From Acidimicrobiales bacterium (GTDB lineage Bacteria > Actinomycetota > Acidimicrobiia > Acidimicrobiales > JAHWLA01), in assembly GCA_035536915.1 (NCBI GenBank), contig DATLNE010000032.1:3752-67751 (forward strand): a stretch of 64,000 nt of DNA. The letters run 5' to 3'. The notes under the pieces are model-generated. The model was not told the DNA's origin. It searched no databases and saw only the letters and a program-made list of their open reading frames with translations. Positions 8,958 to 18,879 of the stretch are shown here, in pieces (position 1 is the first letter of the stretch; each line of letters starts with the position of its first letter). The position numbers were made by a program, and so were the translations under genes.

Positions 8958-10199
8958 CTAGGCCCGGTCGAGCAACCGCCGGCGCAGCATGTCGAGCAGC
9001 GAGATGGCGGCGAACTGACGGATGCGGTCGCGGTCGCCGGGCAGCCGCACGTGCACGACTTGGGTGTCGTCGTCGAGGGCCATGCCGAAGAACGCCGTGC
9101 CCACCGGTTGGTCGTCCTGGCGGGCCGGGCCTGCCACCCCGGTGACCGACAGGCCCACGTCGGCGCCCAGCACCTTGCGGGCGCCTTCGGCCATGGCCCG
9201 GGCCGACTCCTCCGACACCACCGGTCCTTCGGGCACGCCGAGCAGGTCGAACTTCACCTCCGAGGCGTACGACACCACGCAGCCGCGGAACCAGGCGCTC
9301 GAGCCCTCGACGTTCACCAACCGCGACGCCACCAGGCCGCCGGTCATCGACTCGGCCAACCCCAGCGACAGCCCCTGCTCCTCCAGCAGCACGCCGACGG
9401 CGGTCTCCATGGTGTCGTCGTCGACCCCGAACACGTAGGTGCCGAGCAGCGCCCGCAGTTCGGCGTCTTCGGCTTCGACCAAGGCCATGGCGGCGTCGTG
9501 GTCGTCGGCCTTGGCCGTGATGCGCAGCTTGATGCCTTCGATGCCACTGGCCAGGAAGGCGATGGTGGGGTTGCCGCCCGCGGCGTCGAGGGCGTCGAGC
9601 CGGGGGGCGACGATCTCGGCCAGCGTCGACTCGGCCAAGCCCCACGTCCGCACCACCCGCGACACGATGGTGGAACGGGTGCCGGCCCGGGCCTGGAGGT
9701 CGGGCAGCACGGCGCGCTCCAACATGTCCTGCATCTCGTGGGGCACGCCGGGCACGGCGTACACGACCTTCTTGCCCACCGGGCAGATGAGGCCCGGGGC
9801 CGTGCCTCGCGTCTGCGGGATGACGACTGCGCCCCGGGGCACGTCGGCTTGGCGGGCGTTGTTCTCGGCCATGGTGCGGCCCCGCGACTCGAACATGCGC
9901 CGGATGAGGTCGACCACCGCTTCGTCGCGCTCCAACCCGACGTTCATCACCTCGGCGATGGCCTCGCGGGTGATGTCGTCCTGGGTGGGGCCGAGGCCGC
10001 CGCAGACGATCACCGCCTCGCTGCGAGACAGGGCGATGCGCAACGCCTGCACGATGCGGTCGAGGTTGTCGCCCACCTTGACCTGGTAGTGCGAGTCGAT
10101 GCCCGCCAGCGCCAGTTGCTCGCCGATCCACGAGGAGTTGGTGTCGACGATCTGGCCCAGCAACAGCTCGGTGCCGACGGCCACCACCTCACACCGCAT
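8958..10199 (-). CDS. cinA: Competence/damage-inducible protein CinA (MocF + PncC domains)
   Basis: VGTELLLGQIVDTNS, GGLGPTQDD, PGVPHEM, AESMTGG, SVTGVAGP; ATG 10199. Confidence 0.95.
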   Translation of the reverse strand: MRCEVVAVGTELLLGQIVDTNSSWIGEQLALAGIDSHYQVKVGDNLDRIVQALRIALSRSEAVIVCGGLGPTQDDITREAIAEVMNVGLERDEAVVDLIRRMFESRGRTMAENNARQADVPRGAVVIPQTRGTAPGLICPVGKKVVYAVPGVPHEMQDMLERAVLPDLQARAGTRSTIVSRVVRTWGLAESTLAEIVAPRLDALDAAGGNPTIAFLASGIEGIKLRITAKADDHDAAMALVEAEDAELRALLGTYVFGVDDDTMETAVGVLLEEQGLSLGLAESMTGGLVASRLVNVEGSSAWFRGCVVSYASEVKFDLLGVPEGPVVSEESARAMAEGARKVLGADVGLSVTGVAGPARQDDQPVGTAFFGMALDDDTQVVHVRLPGDRDRIRQFAAISLLDMLRRRLLDRA

Positions 10200-10749
10200 C
10201 GCGCAGCCTCCGGCCGTCGAGCAGGTACTGCGCACCGGTCACCAGGGCCAGCACCACGCCGGCCCACAGCACCACGTTGGCGGGCGTGGGGTTGTCCTCG
10301 GTGAGGGGCAGCAGGGCGAAGCCGACGGCCACCTCCTGCACCACCGTCTTCACCTTGGCCCACCACCGCGCCGGCACCGAGATGCCGCGGCGGCTGACCC
10401 ACGTGCGGTACAGGCTGATGCCGATCTCGCGCACGGCGATGAGGGCGACGGGCAACCACCAGAAGACGTCCTTGGCCACCAGCGCGGCCATGGCCCCGAG
10501 CACCAGGAACTTGTCGGCCAGCGGGTCGAGGAACGCACCCGAGCGGGTGGTGCCGTGGCGGCGGGCCAGGTAGCCGTCGACGCCGTCGGTGCCCGCCAGC
10601 ACGATCCAGAAGGCGAGGGCGGGCCAGGTGGCGCCGTCGCGCACGATGATGGCCAGCAGCACCGGCGTGATGAACAGGCGCGCCAGGGTGATGGCGTTGG
10701 CCGGCGTGGCCAACGCCGACGGCCCGAACGTCCCGCTGCGCACGGCCAT
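10189..10749 (-). CDS. pgsA: CDP-diacylglycerol--glycerol-3-phosphate phosphatidyltransferase
   Basis: PANAITLAR, DGVDGYLARR...GAFLDPLADK; rimO-pgsA-cinA synteny. Confidence 0.93.
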   Translation of the reverse strand: MAVRSGTFGPSALATPANAITLARLFITPVLLAIIVRDGATWPALAFWIVLAGTDGVDGYLARRHGTTRSGAFLDPLADKFLVLGAMAALVAKDVFWWLPVALIAVREIGISLYRTWVSRRGISVPARWWAKVKTVVQEVAVGFALLPLTEDNPTPANVVLWAGVVLALVTGAQYLLDGRRLRDAV

Positions 10750-10754
10750 CGCCG

Positions 10755-11993
10755 CTACGCGCTCTCGGCTTCGAGGTCGGGACCGGTGGCGCCGGTGACG
10801 ACCACCTTGGCGAACTGGCCGACCGGCAGCGTGTCGGGAACGTGGACGATGCCGTCGATCTCCGGCGCTTCACGGTGGGTGCGGCCCACGCCCGGAGCGT
10901 CGACGAGCACTTCGACGGTCTCGCCGAGAAGGGCTTGGCGGCGGCGGGCGGTGATGGCGTCTTGCAGCATGGAGAGCTCGACCAGCCGTTCGGCCATCAA
11001 GTGGGCGGACACCTCGCCGTCCAAGTCCGCCGCGTACGTGCCGCCCTCCTTGGAGTAGGAGAAGAACCCGCACCAGTCGAGCTGCGCCGCTTCCACGAAG
11101 GCCAGCAACTGGTCGTGGTCGGCCTCGGTCTCGCCCGGGTAGCCGACGATGAAGTTGGAACGGAAGGCGGCGTCGGGGCAGCGCTGCCGAATGGCGTCGA
11201 TGCGGGCCAGGAAGCGCCCGCCGTCGCCCCATCGGCGCATGCGGCGCAGCAGCGGCTTCGATACGTGCTGCAACGACAAGTCGAAGTACGGCACCCCGGT
11301 GGCCACCACGGCGTCGATGAGCGCGTCGCTCAGGTCGGACGGATAGAGGTAGAGCAGTCGGGTGCGTGCGACTCGGGCGGCCACCTGCTCGACCAGGTCG
11401 ACGATGGCACCCGCGTGGCCGAGGTCGCGGCCGTACGACGCCAGGTCCTGGGCCACCAGCACGATCTCTTGGGCTTCGAGCGCGTCGACCTCGCCGAGGA
11501 TGGCGTCGAGCGATCGCGACCGCTGCTTGCCGCGGAACGACGGGATGGCGCAGAACCCGCACGAGCGGTCGCAGCCCTCGGCGATCTTCACGTAGGCCCA
11601 CGGCGCCGACGACTTGGGGCGGGGCAGGTTCAGCAGGTCGAGGGCAGGCACGTCGGGCTTGCGGCCCAGGGTGACGGGCACGCCGAAGCCCGCTACCAGG
11701 TCGGCTTCCGGCAACGCGTCGGCCAGCTCGTCGCCGTAGCGCTCGGCCATGCAGCCGGTGACGACGATGCGGGCGCCGTCCCGTTTGGCGTCGGCCAGGG
11801 CCAAGACGGTCTCGACCGACTCCTGTCGGGCCGATTCGATGAAGGCGCACGTGTTGACCACCACCAGGTCGGCTTCGTCGGCCGAGCCCGCGCGCGTCAT
11901 CCCGTCGGCTTCGAGGGTGCCGACGAGCTTGTCGGAGTCGACCTGGTTCTTCGGACAGCCCAAGGTCTCGACCCAATACGACGGCTGCGCCAC
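10755..11993 (-). CDS. rimO: Ribosomal protein S12 methylthiotransferase
   Basis: TLGCPKNQVDS, NTCAFIE, KIAEGCDRSCGFC, EAPEIDG; GTG 11993 start. Confidence 0.95.
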   Translation of the reverse strand: MAQPSYWVETLGCPKNQVDSDKLVGTLEADGMTRAGSADEADLVVVNTCAFIESARQESVETVLALADAKRDGARIVVTGCMAERYGDELADALPEADLVAGFGVPVTLGRKPDVPALDLLNLPRPKSSAPWAYVKIAEGCDRSCGFCAIPSFRGKQRSRSLDAILGEVDALEAQEIVLVAQDLASYGRDLGHAGAIVDLVEQVAARVARTRLLYLYPSDLSDALIDAVVATGVPYFDLSLQHVSKPLLRRMRRWGDGGRFLARIDAIRQRCPDAAFRSNFIVGYPGETEADHDQLLAFVEAAQLDWCGFFSYSKEGGTYAADLDGEVSAHLMAERLVELSMLQDAITARRRQALLGETVEVLVDAPGVGRTHREAPEIDGIVHVPDTLPVGQFAKVVVTGATGPDLEAESA

Positions 11994-12004
11994 AACGCTC
12001 AACG

Positions 12005-13024
12005 CTACAGGGCGAGGTCCTCGTAGAGCGCAGTGAGGACCGGCTGCGTGCGGCGGTGGTTGCCCTTCTCGCCGGGCATGCCGTTGGTGAGCAGCACCAC
12101 CACCAAGCCGTGCTCGGGGTCGACGAAGCCGATGGACGACTGGCTGCCGCCGTGGCCGAAGGCGCGGGGCGAGGCCCGGTCGCCGTAGCCGTAGGGCGTG
12201 GGCCGTTGCTGGTACTGCCACGAGTTCACCATCAGCCCCAGGCCCCAGTCGATGACCGGGCCGAAGGTTTCGTCGCGCAGGCCGACGCGGTGGCGCGCCG
12301 TCATGGCCTCCACCGCCTGGGGCGACAACACGGGGCGCCCCCCGCGGCACAAGGCCTCCCAGAAGCGCAGCAGGTCGGAGGCGGGGCCGACGCCGCTGCT
12401 GCTGGGGCGCACGTCGGGCGGCGGTCCGCCCAGGGCCCGGGGCGACTCCCCCGACGTGTCGTAAACGACGCCCGATTCCGTCGCCCGCAACGACGACCGC
12501 TCCATGTCCAAGGGCCGGAACACCTCGTCGCGCACGTACTCGTCGAAGGAGCGCCCGTCGATCAGCCGCACGATCTCGCCGAGCAACTGGAAGGCGCCTT
12601 TGGGGTTGTAGCCCGCCCGGCGCCCGGGCACCCAGTCGTCGTGCACGCCCGCTTCGCAGGCCCGTTGCACGGATGCGTCCCAGTCGGCGCCGTCGGTCTC
12701 GGTGGCGGCCAGTTCGGCATTACGCAGGCCCGCCGTGTGCGTCAACAGGTGGCGCACGGTGATGTGTTCTTTGGCGAACTCCGGGATGTGGGCGGCCACC
12801 GGGTCGTCGAGGGCGACCTCGCCCCGTTCCCACTGCTGGGCCAAGGCCACTGCCGTCAAGGCCTTGGTCTGGGAGAACCACGGGAACGGCGTGTCGACGT
12901 CGACGTTGCCCACGGCCAGGTCGGCGCTGTCTCCCCTGTGCGACACCGACAGTTGGGCACCGAGGTGGAACCCGTCGGTGATGCCTTGTTCGAGGAGGGC
13001 CACGGCGGACGGCAACGAGAGCAC
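12005..13024 (-). CDS. Serine hydrolase, beta-lactamase/AmpC-like family
   Basis: FSQTK (SxxK), LLTHTAGL, Y-N, FGHGG. Confidence 0.88.
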   Translation of the reverse strand: MLSLPSAVALLEQGITDGFHLGAQLSVSHRGDSADLAVGNVDVDTPFPWFSQTKALTAVALAQQWERGEVALDDPVAAHIPEFAKEHITVRHLLTHTAGLRNAELAATETDGADWDASVQRACEAGVHDDWVPGRRAGYNPKGAFQLLGEIVRLIDGRSFDEYVRDEVFRPLDMERSSLRATESGVVYDTSGESPRALGGPPPDVRPSSSGVGPASDLLRFWEALCRGGRPVLSPQAVEAMTARHRVGLRDETFGPVIDWGLGLMVNSWQYQQRPTPYGYGDRASPRAFGHGGSQSSIGFVDPEHGLVVVLLTNGMPGEKGNHRRTQPVLTALYEDLAL

Positions 13025-13050
13025 GGAGACCGAGCCTAGAGTCGCCTGCC
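13025..13050. promoter_or_regulatory. Overlapping divergent leaderless-type -10 elements
   Basis: TAGGCT (minus, 13033-13038) and TAGAGT (plus, 13037-13042), each 8 nt before its start codon. Confidence 0.6.
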
Positions 13051-13314
13051 ATGGCCACCGCAGACCCGCAGCCGTCCCCCAATCCCAACGCCTTGCGCTT
13101 CCAGCTCGACATCGAGTTGCCCGCGGCCATGAACTTCAACAGCGCCGAGGAGGCCGCCGGCCACCCCTTTGGCGAGGCGGTGTTCGCGGCCGAGGGCGTG
13201 GCGTCGATCTTCGGGGTCAACGACTTCGTGACGGTGACCCGCCGGCCCGGCGCCGAGTGGGAGCCGATCGTGGCGACGGTCCAAGCCGCCGCGGCCGAGC
13301 ACCTGTCCAGCTAG
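13051..13314 (+). CDS. Stand-alone Nfu/NifU N-terminal domain protein
   Basis: SPNPNALRF...GVASIFGVNDFVTVTR...W. Confidence 0.85.
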   Translation: MATADPQPSPNPNALRFQLDIELPAAMNFNSAEEAAGHPFGEAVFAAEGVASIFGVNDFVTVTRRPGAEWEPIVATVQAAAAEHLSS

Positions 13315-14219
13315 TACTTCAACCGCAGCCCGGGCCGGGGCCAGCGGCACGCCATCACCCGGCCGGTGGCCGACAACGTGATGTAGGCGGTGCGCATGTC
13401 GTCGCCACCGAAGGCGATGTTGGTCGGCACCGGGTCGTAGAACTCGCCGGGCAACGGCATGTGCTCGACCTCGCCCGCAGGGCTGACGACGGTGATGCCC
13501 ACGTTGTAGATGGTGGCGATGCAGACGTTGCCGCCCGCTTCGACGGCGAGCGAGTCGAAGAACTGGTGCCCGTCGAGCCCCGCCACTAACGAGCCGCCGT
13601 GCGGGTGGGGCAGGGCCGTCTCGACCTCACCGGGGCCGGTCACCGTCCAGCGCCACAGCCTGCCGGTCGGCGTCTCGGCCACGTACAACGTGGCGCCGTC
13701 GGGCGACAACGCTATGCCGTTGGGCCGCACCAGCGGGGCGACGACGCGCCGTAGCTCGGCGCCGTCGGGGCGGCCGTAACAGACGACCCCGCGGTCCTCG
13801 TCGGTCTCGCGCTGCTTGCCGTAGTCGGTGAACCAAAAGCCGCCGTCGGCGTCGAACACGATGTCGTTGGGGCTGCGCAGGCCGTCGTAGATCGTCTCCA
13901 CCGCGCCGGTGGCGAGGTCGACGCGTTGGATGGAACCGCCGATGTAGCGGTCGTCCTGGTTGACGTCGGCGGGCACGAGCAGGGAGCCGTAGTCGTGCAT
14001 GGGCCAGCCGCCGTTGTTGCAGACGTAGACCGCCCCGTCAGGTCCCACCGCCGCGCCGTTGGGGCCGCCGCCGACCTCGATGCGCTCGATGCCGCCCTGG
14101 GGGTCGATGACGGCGAGGCGGCCTGTCGCCATCTCGCAGACGAGCAGGGAGCCATCAGCCAGCACGATCGGGCCTTCGGGGAACCGCAACCCCTCGACGA
14201 CGACTCGCGCGTCGATCAC
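13311..14219 (-). CDS. SMP-30/gluconolactonase family protein
   Basis: [34 protein letters not shown]. Confidence 0.92.
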   Translation of the reverse strand: MIDARVVVEGLRFPEGPIVLADGSLLVCEMATGRLAVIDPQGGIERIEVGGGPNGAAVGPDGAVYVCNNGGWPMHDYGSLLVPADVNQDDRYIGGSIQRVDLATGAVETIYDGLRSPNDIVFDADGGFWFTDYGKQRETDEDRGVVCYGRPDGAELRRVVAPLVRPNGIALSPDGATLYVAETPTGRLWRWTVTGPGEVETALPHPHGGSLVAGLDGHQFFDSLAVEAGGNVCIATIYNVGITVVSPAGEVEHMPLPGEFYDPVPTNIAFGGDDMRTAYITLSATGRVMACRWPRPGLRLKY

Positions 14220-14566
14220 GGCGCGCTCGCCTCGACCACGGTGTGAATGCCGCCGCGCACCAACCAGTCGGTGCGCACCGTCATGCGGCGCGGCGACACG
14301 GCCGCGACCAAATCGTCGAGGATGCGGTTGGTGACGTCCTCGTGGAACGCGCCCTCCTGCCGAAAGCTCCAGAGGTAGAGCTTCAGCGACTTGAGCTCCA
14401 CGATCGACTCGCCCGGCACGTAACTGATGGTGACGGTGGCGAAGTCGGGCTGCCCGGTCATCGGGCAGACGCAGGTGAACTCAGGCGTCTCGCAACGGAC
14501 TTCGTAGTCGCGGCCGGGGTGCGGGTTGGGGATCGCGACGAGGTCGCGGGAGGGGCTGCTCGGCAC
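14216..14566 (-). CDS. queF: NADPH-dependent preQ0 reductase (unimodular QueF)
   Basis: [32 protein letters not shown]. Confidence 0.93.
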   Translation of the reverse strand: MPSSPSRDLVAIPNPHPGRDYEVRCETPEFTCVCPMTGQPDFATVTISYVPGESIVELKSLKLYLWSFRQEGAFHEDVTNRILDDLVAAVSPRRMTVRTDWLVRGGIHTVVEASAP

Positions 14567-14592
14567 CCTCCGAACCTAGCCCGGCCGGCGCG

Positions 14593-14745
14593 TCAAGCGT
14601 CCTTGCCGAGCATCCGGTTCATCTTGGTGCCGCACGTGGGGCAGGTGCCCTGCGCAGCGCGACGGCCGTTAGCCATTTCCTTGACCTCGCCATCGAACTC
14701 GCGCTTCTCGCGGCACTTGACGCAGTAACCCTCGTAGGTTGCCAT
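14593..14745 (-). CDS. 50-aa zinc-ribbon protein (DUF5679-like)
   Basis: Below the ORF-track cutoff: MATYEGYCVKCREKREFDGEVKEMANGRRAAQGTCPTCGTKMNRMLGKDA. Two CxxC motifs; TACCGT lies 7 nt upstream. Confidence 0.85.
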   Translation of the reverse strand: MATYEGYCVKCREKREFDGEVKEMANGRRAAQGTCPTCGTKMNRMLGKDA

Positions 14746-14773
14746 GGGCTCGACGGTAGTCGCGCTTCGACGC

Positions 14774-15622
14774 CTAGCCGGGGATGGTCAGCCCGTCGGT
14801 GTCGGGCGACAGCAGGACGGCGGTGCCGGGCACCCCCGCTTCGGCCAACAGCTCGTCGCCTGCGGCCCGCACCTGGGCGGCCGTGGCGCGGTGGCAGACG
14901 GCCAACAGGCTGGGGCCCGCACCCGACCAGCACGTGGCCAGGGCGCCGGCGTCGACCAGCTCGGCCAGCAAGTGGCCGGCCTCGGGGAACAGCGACGCCC
15001 GGGCGCTCTGGTGAAGCTTGTCTTCCGTGGCTTCGTGCACGAGCAGGCGGTGGTCGGCCAGGCCTGCAAGGAGGAGGCCCATGCGGCCGAGGTTGAACGA
15101 CGCGTCGGTGTGCGGGACCTGCGCGGGCAGGGCGGCACGAGCCCGCTTGGTCGCCAAGGAGCGGGACGGCACGAGCACCACGAACGCCAACTGTTCGTCG
15201 AGCGGCATGCGGGCGGCCACGGGCCGGTCGTTGACGGTGGTGGCGGTGACGAGGCCGCCGAGCACCGAGGCCGCGGCGTTCTCGGGGTGGCCGTCGACTT
15301 CGGCGGCGACGGCGAGGGGGTCGTCGGCGCCCGCCGCGGCTGCGGCGGCGACAGCCAGCGCGGCCGAGGAGCCGAGGCCCCGTCCGACGGGGATCTCGGA
15401 GCGCACGGTGATGTGTACGTTGTCGTGGCCGAGCACGCGGCGGGCGACCTGGGCGGCCAGGTGGGTGTCGTCGCCGGGCAGCTCGGAGCCCTCGCCCTCG
15501 GCGTGGATGGTGAGGAGGTCGGCGGGCTCGATGTCGACCTCGACGTAGACCGACAAGGCGACGGCCAACGTGTCGAAGCCGGGGCCGAGGTTGGCCGACG
15601 ATCCGGGAGCCCGTGCGCGCAC
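14774..15622 (-). CDS. thrB: Homoserine kinase
   Basis: APGSSANLGPGFD, IPVGRGLGSSAA, DGHPEN, SGAGPS; GTG 15622. Confidence 0.93.
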   Translation of the reverse strand: MRARAPGSSANLGPGFDTLAVALSVYVEVDIEPADLLTIHAEGEGSELPGDDTHLAAQVARRVLGHDNVHITVRSEIPVGRGLGSSAALAVAAAAAAGADDPLAVAAEVDGHPENAAASVLGGLVTATTVNDRPVAARMPLDEQLAFVVLVPSRSLATKRARAALPAQVPHTDASFNLGRMGLLLAGLADHRLLVHEATEDKLHQSARASLFPEAGHLLAELVDAGALATCWSGAGPSLLAVCHRATAAQVRAAGDELLAEAGVPGTAVLLSPDTDGLTIPG

Positions 15623-15719
15623 GGCCGCACACCCTAGAAGGTTGTTACCAATGGGACTGGTGTGCGGTCCGATCTGTTGACGGGCCACCCACGACCGGCC
15701 CCGTCAGGAGGCAGAGACC

Positions 15720-16049
15720 ATGTACCACTTCGCAGCCATCGCACTTCTGGCACTTGCGCTGTTCAAGGTGGTCGACGTGCTCGAAGACTTGGCCCCGGGG
15801 CTTACCAAGTGGCACACCCTGGCGACCATCGTCCTCGGCATCGGCGGCGCCTTCGCCCTCGACTACCGGGCGTTCGACGGTTACGGCATCGCATTCCGTG
15901 AGGAGTGGATGGGCACCGTGGCCACCGGCCTGGTGATCGCAGGCTTCACCAGCGTGTGGCGTGCGGCCTTCCACTGGCTCGGCTCGTCCGAGGGCGAAGA
16001 GCCCGAGGTGCGCCACCCCATGCACGGCCCCCGCAGCATGGCGGCCTAG
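15720..16049 (+). CDS. Small membrane protein with about 3 TM helices
   Basis: Three hydrophobic segments, AGGAGG SD, downstream hairpin. Confidence 0.75.
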   Translation: MYHFAAIALLALALFKVVDVLEDLAPGLTKWHTLATIVLGIGGAFALDYRAFDGYGIAFREEWMGTVATGLVIAGFTSVWRAAFHWLGSSEGEEPEVRHPMHGPRSMAA

Positions 16050-16068
16050 CAACCAGAACGGCGACAGC

Positions 16069-16106
16069 AAGAAGGGGCGCTCACAGCGTGGTGAGCGCCC
16101 CTTCTT
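16069..16106. terminator. Probable bidirectional intrinsic terminator
   Basis: Perfect 16-bp inverted repeat AAGAAGGGGCGCTCAC / GTGAGCGCCCCTTCTT between convergent genes. Confidence 0.75.
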
Positions 16107-16136
16107 CGCGTCTGTGGCCGTCTTCGCGTCTGTGGC
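16103..16136. repeat. Short direct repeat
   Basis: TCTTCGCGTCTGTGGC at 16103-16118 and 16121-16136. Confidence 0.7.
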
Positions 16137-16155
16137 GGCGCCCCTCAGGGGACTC

Positions 16156-16482
16156 TCAAAGGAACGTCGCTTTGAACTGGCGCGATCCGCCGATGCACGG
16201 GTCGCCGGCGGCAGGCTTCAGCAGGATCTGCCTCCCTCCGACTGTTGCGGTGGTGCAGTCGCCTGTCAGGACACCTGACGCGACACACCATCCTTTGATG
16301 GTCGGCACGAAGTACGCCGTGAAATTGGCAGTCGTCCGAGTGGGCGGAGGATACAAATCGGTCGAGGTTGTCAGGTCCGCCTCGCCCCTGCATAAGCCAG
16401 GTTCTTCTGCAGCCTCACCGGCTCCTGGCATGAGCACGACCGACAACAACGCAACCGCCGCTATTCCTGCACGTCGCTTCAT
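16156..16482 (-). CDS. Secreted 4-cysteine hypothetical protein
   Basis: Signal peptide MKRRAGIAAVALLSVVLMPGAGEA, G-rich SD, four Cys; motif similarity to 29521..30318. Confidence 0.7.
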   Translation of the reverse strand: MKRRAGIAAVALLSVVLMPGAGEAAEEPGLCRGEADLTTSTDLYPPPTRTTANFTAYFVPTIKGWCVASGVLTGDCTTATVGGRQILLKPAAGDPCIGGSRQFKATFL

Positions 16483-16570
16483 AATCCCCCCTACTTGTCG
16501 CTCGAGTGGCCCACGGTACAGCAATCACGACGATGATGAAGAACACGGAGAGCGAACCGCGAAGTTCGCC

Positions 16571-18835
16571 TCAGACCTTGGTCGACTGGTGGGCTTCGAG
16601 CTCTTCGACGGTCATGAGGACGGCTCGGGCCTTTGAGCCCTCGGACGGGCCAACCACCCCGCGCTGCTCCAACAGGTCCATGATGCGGCCGGCGCGGGCG
16701 AAGCCGACGCGGAGTTTGCGCTGGAGCATGGAGGTCGAGCCCAGCTGCGAGCGCACGATCAGCTCCATGGCTGCTTCGAGCATGTCGTCGTCATCGTCGC
16801 CGCTCCCGCCGCCCGACCCGCTGGGCGAGCCGGAGAAGCCGGTGAGCGAGTCGTCAGACCCTTCAACGCCGTCGACGTATTCGGGCTGGGCCTGGCGGCG
16901 CCAGTGGGCGACGACCTTGCGCACCTCTTCCTCCGACACCCACGGCCCCTGGATGCGGCGGGGCACGTTCGAGGACGCGGTGAGCAGCAGCATGTCGCCC
17001 TTGCCCACCAACTTCTCGGCGCCGGGCTGGTCGAGGATGACCCGGCTGTCGGCCAACGACGACACCGCGAAGGCCAGTCGCGACGGCACGTTGGCCTTGA
17101 TGACACCGGTGATGACGTCGACCGACGGCCGCTGGGTGGCGATGACCAGGTGGATGCCGAAAGCCCGGCCCATCTGGGCGATGCGGCAGATCGACTCCTC
17201 GACGTCGCGGGCCGCCACCATCATCAAGTCGTTGAGCTCGTCGACCACCACGAGGATGTACGACAGCCGCTGGTAGTCCTTGCCCGTGGCCGGGTCGGCA
17301 GCCAGGTCGCCCCGGTCGAACGCGGCGTTGTAGCCGCCGATGTCGCGCACGCCGACCTCGGCCAGCAGGTCGGTGCGCCGCTCCATCTCGTGCACCGCCC
17401 ACGCCAGCGCGTTGGCCGCCTTCTTGGGGTTGACCACCACCTGGGTGAGCAGGTGGGGCAGGCCGTTGTACTGGCCCAGCTCGACCCGCTTGGGGTCGAC
17501 CAGGATCATGCGCACCTGGTCGGGCGTGGCCCGCAGCAGGATCGACGTGAGCAACGAGTTGATGCACGACGACTTGCCCGCGCCGGTGGCGCCCGCGATG
17601 AGCACGTGGGGCATGGCCGCCAACGACTCCATGACCGGCCGCCCGGCGATGTCCTTGCCCATGCCCACCTCGAGCGGGTGGGTGGCCCGCCGGGCCTCCT
17701 CGGAGCAGAGGATGTCGCCCAGCGCCACCAACTGCCGGGTTACGTTGGGCACTTCTACGCCGATGGCCGAGCGCCCGGGGATGGGGGCCAGCAGCCGGAT
17801 GTCGGGCGCCGCCATGGCGTAGGCGATGTCCTTCTGCAGGCTGGTGACGCGGGCCACCTTCACGCCCGGGCCGAGCTCCAACTCGAAGCGGGTCACGGTC
17901 GGCCCCGGCGTCATGCCCACCAAGCGGGTCTCCACGCCGTGGGCGGCCAGCGCCTCTTCCAGGCGGCGGCCCCGCAGCTCGAGTGTGCGCTTGTCGACCT
18001 CTTGGGCCTTCGACCGCTTGAGCAACGACAAGGGCGGCAGCTTCCAGTTGCCCGGCTCGGCGGCGGGGCCGAGGTCGATGGCCAGTTGGTCGCCCGCGGG
18101 CACCGGCTCGTCGGGCACGTGGACCTTGATCTCCACGGGCTCGGCCTCGTCGGCGACGGCGACCACCGGCTCGGCCTCGGCCTTCGCTTTCTTGGCCTTG
18201 GGCACCTTGGGCGCCTCGTCGGCGCCGGCCTCGGCCTCGTCGGACGACGACAGCGAGCCCAGCCACCGCACGCCCGTTCGCACCCCAGATGAGATGAGGT
18301 CGACGGCGGCGCGCACCGAGGTCTTGGTCAGCACCAGCACGGCGATCACCAACAGCGTCACCAGGACGATCGCTGCGCCCCACGTGGCCAGGATCGACGT
18401 CAGCGGGCCGGCGATGCCTGCACCCACAAACCCACCGGCGTCCCGCGGCTCGTCGGCGCCGTTGCGCGTCAGGTGCAGCAGGCCGGTGGCAGCCACCACC
18501 AGGAACCCGAAGCCGATGGCGGCTCGCCCCGGCTCGGCGTTGCGCAACCGCCCCCGCACCAAGACTGCGCCGATCCCACACAGGACCACGGGCACCAGCA
18601 GGCGGCCCCATCCGAAGACCGCGGCGGCGCCGTCGCGCAGCATGCGCCCCACAGGGCCCGTCAGGTCGGCGTAGATGCCCAAGGCGGCGAGCACGCCCAC
18701 CACCAGGAGGATGAGCCCCCACACGTCGTCGGCTTGGCGGCCCAGGTACGTGGCCAGCGACTGGCGCAGCCCCGCAGGCTTCTTCTTCTTGGCGTGCTTC
18801 TTAGCGGCCGGGGCGCGACGCGTGGTCTTCGTCAC
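16571..18835 (-). CDS. ftsK: DNA translocase FtsK
   Basis: N-terminal TM helices, AGATGAGKS, VVVDE, ATQRPSVDVITG, gamma domain STSMLQRKLRVGFARAGR. Confidence 0.97.
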   Translation of the reverse strand: MTKTTRRAPAAKKHAKKKKPAGLRQSLATYLGRQADDVWGLILLVVGVLAALGIYADLTGPVGRMLRDGAAAVFGWGRLLVPVVLCGIGAVLVRGRLRNAEPGRAAIGFGFLVVAATGLLHLTRNGADEPRDAGGFVGAGIAGPLTSILATWGAAIVLVTLLVIAVLVLTKTSVRAAVDLISSGVRTGVRWLGSLSSSDEAEAGADEAPKVPKAKKAKAEAEPVVAVADEAEPVEIKVHVPDEPVPAGDQLAIDLGPAAEPGNWKLPPLSLLKRSKAQEVDKRTLELRGRRLEEALAAHGVETRLVGMTPGPTVTRFELELGPGVKVARVTSLQKDIAYAMAAPDIRLLAPIPGRSAIGVEVPNVTRQLVALGDILCSEEARRATHPLEVGMGKDIAGRPVMESLAAMPHVLIAGATGAGKSSCINSLLTSILLRATPDQVRMILVDPKRVELGQYNGLPHLLTQVVVNPKKAANALAWAVHEMERRTDLLAEVGVRDIGGYNAAFDRGDLAADPATGKDYQRLSYILVVVDELNDLMMVAARDVEESICRIAQMGRAFGIHLVIATQRPSVDVITGVIKANVPSRLAFAVSSLADSRVILDQPGAEKLVGKGDMLLLTASSNVPRRIQGPWVSEEEVRKVVAHWRRQAQPEYVDGVEGSDDSLTGFSGSPSGSGGGSGDDDDDMLEAAMELIVRSQLGSTSMLQRKLRVGFARAGRIMDLLEQRGVVGPSEGSKARAVLMTVEELEAHQSTKV

Positions 18836-18879
18836 AATGTCAACAACGGTAACACCAGCAACAGCGAAAGTTGCCGGAT

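Noticed and set aside
12005..13024. Beta-lactam resistance gene
   Set aside because: No signal peptide; it looks like a cytoplasmic esterase-type serine hydrolase
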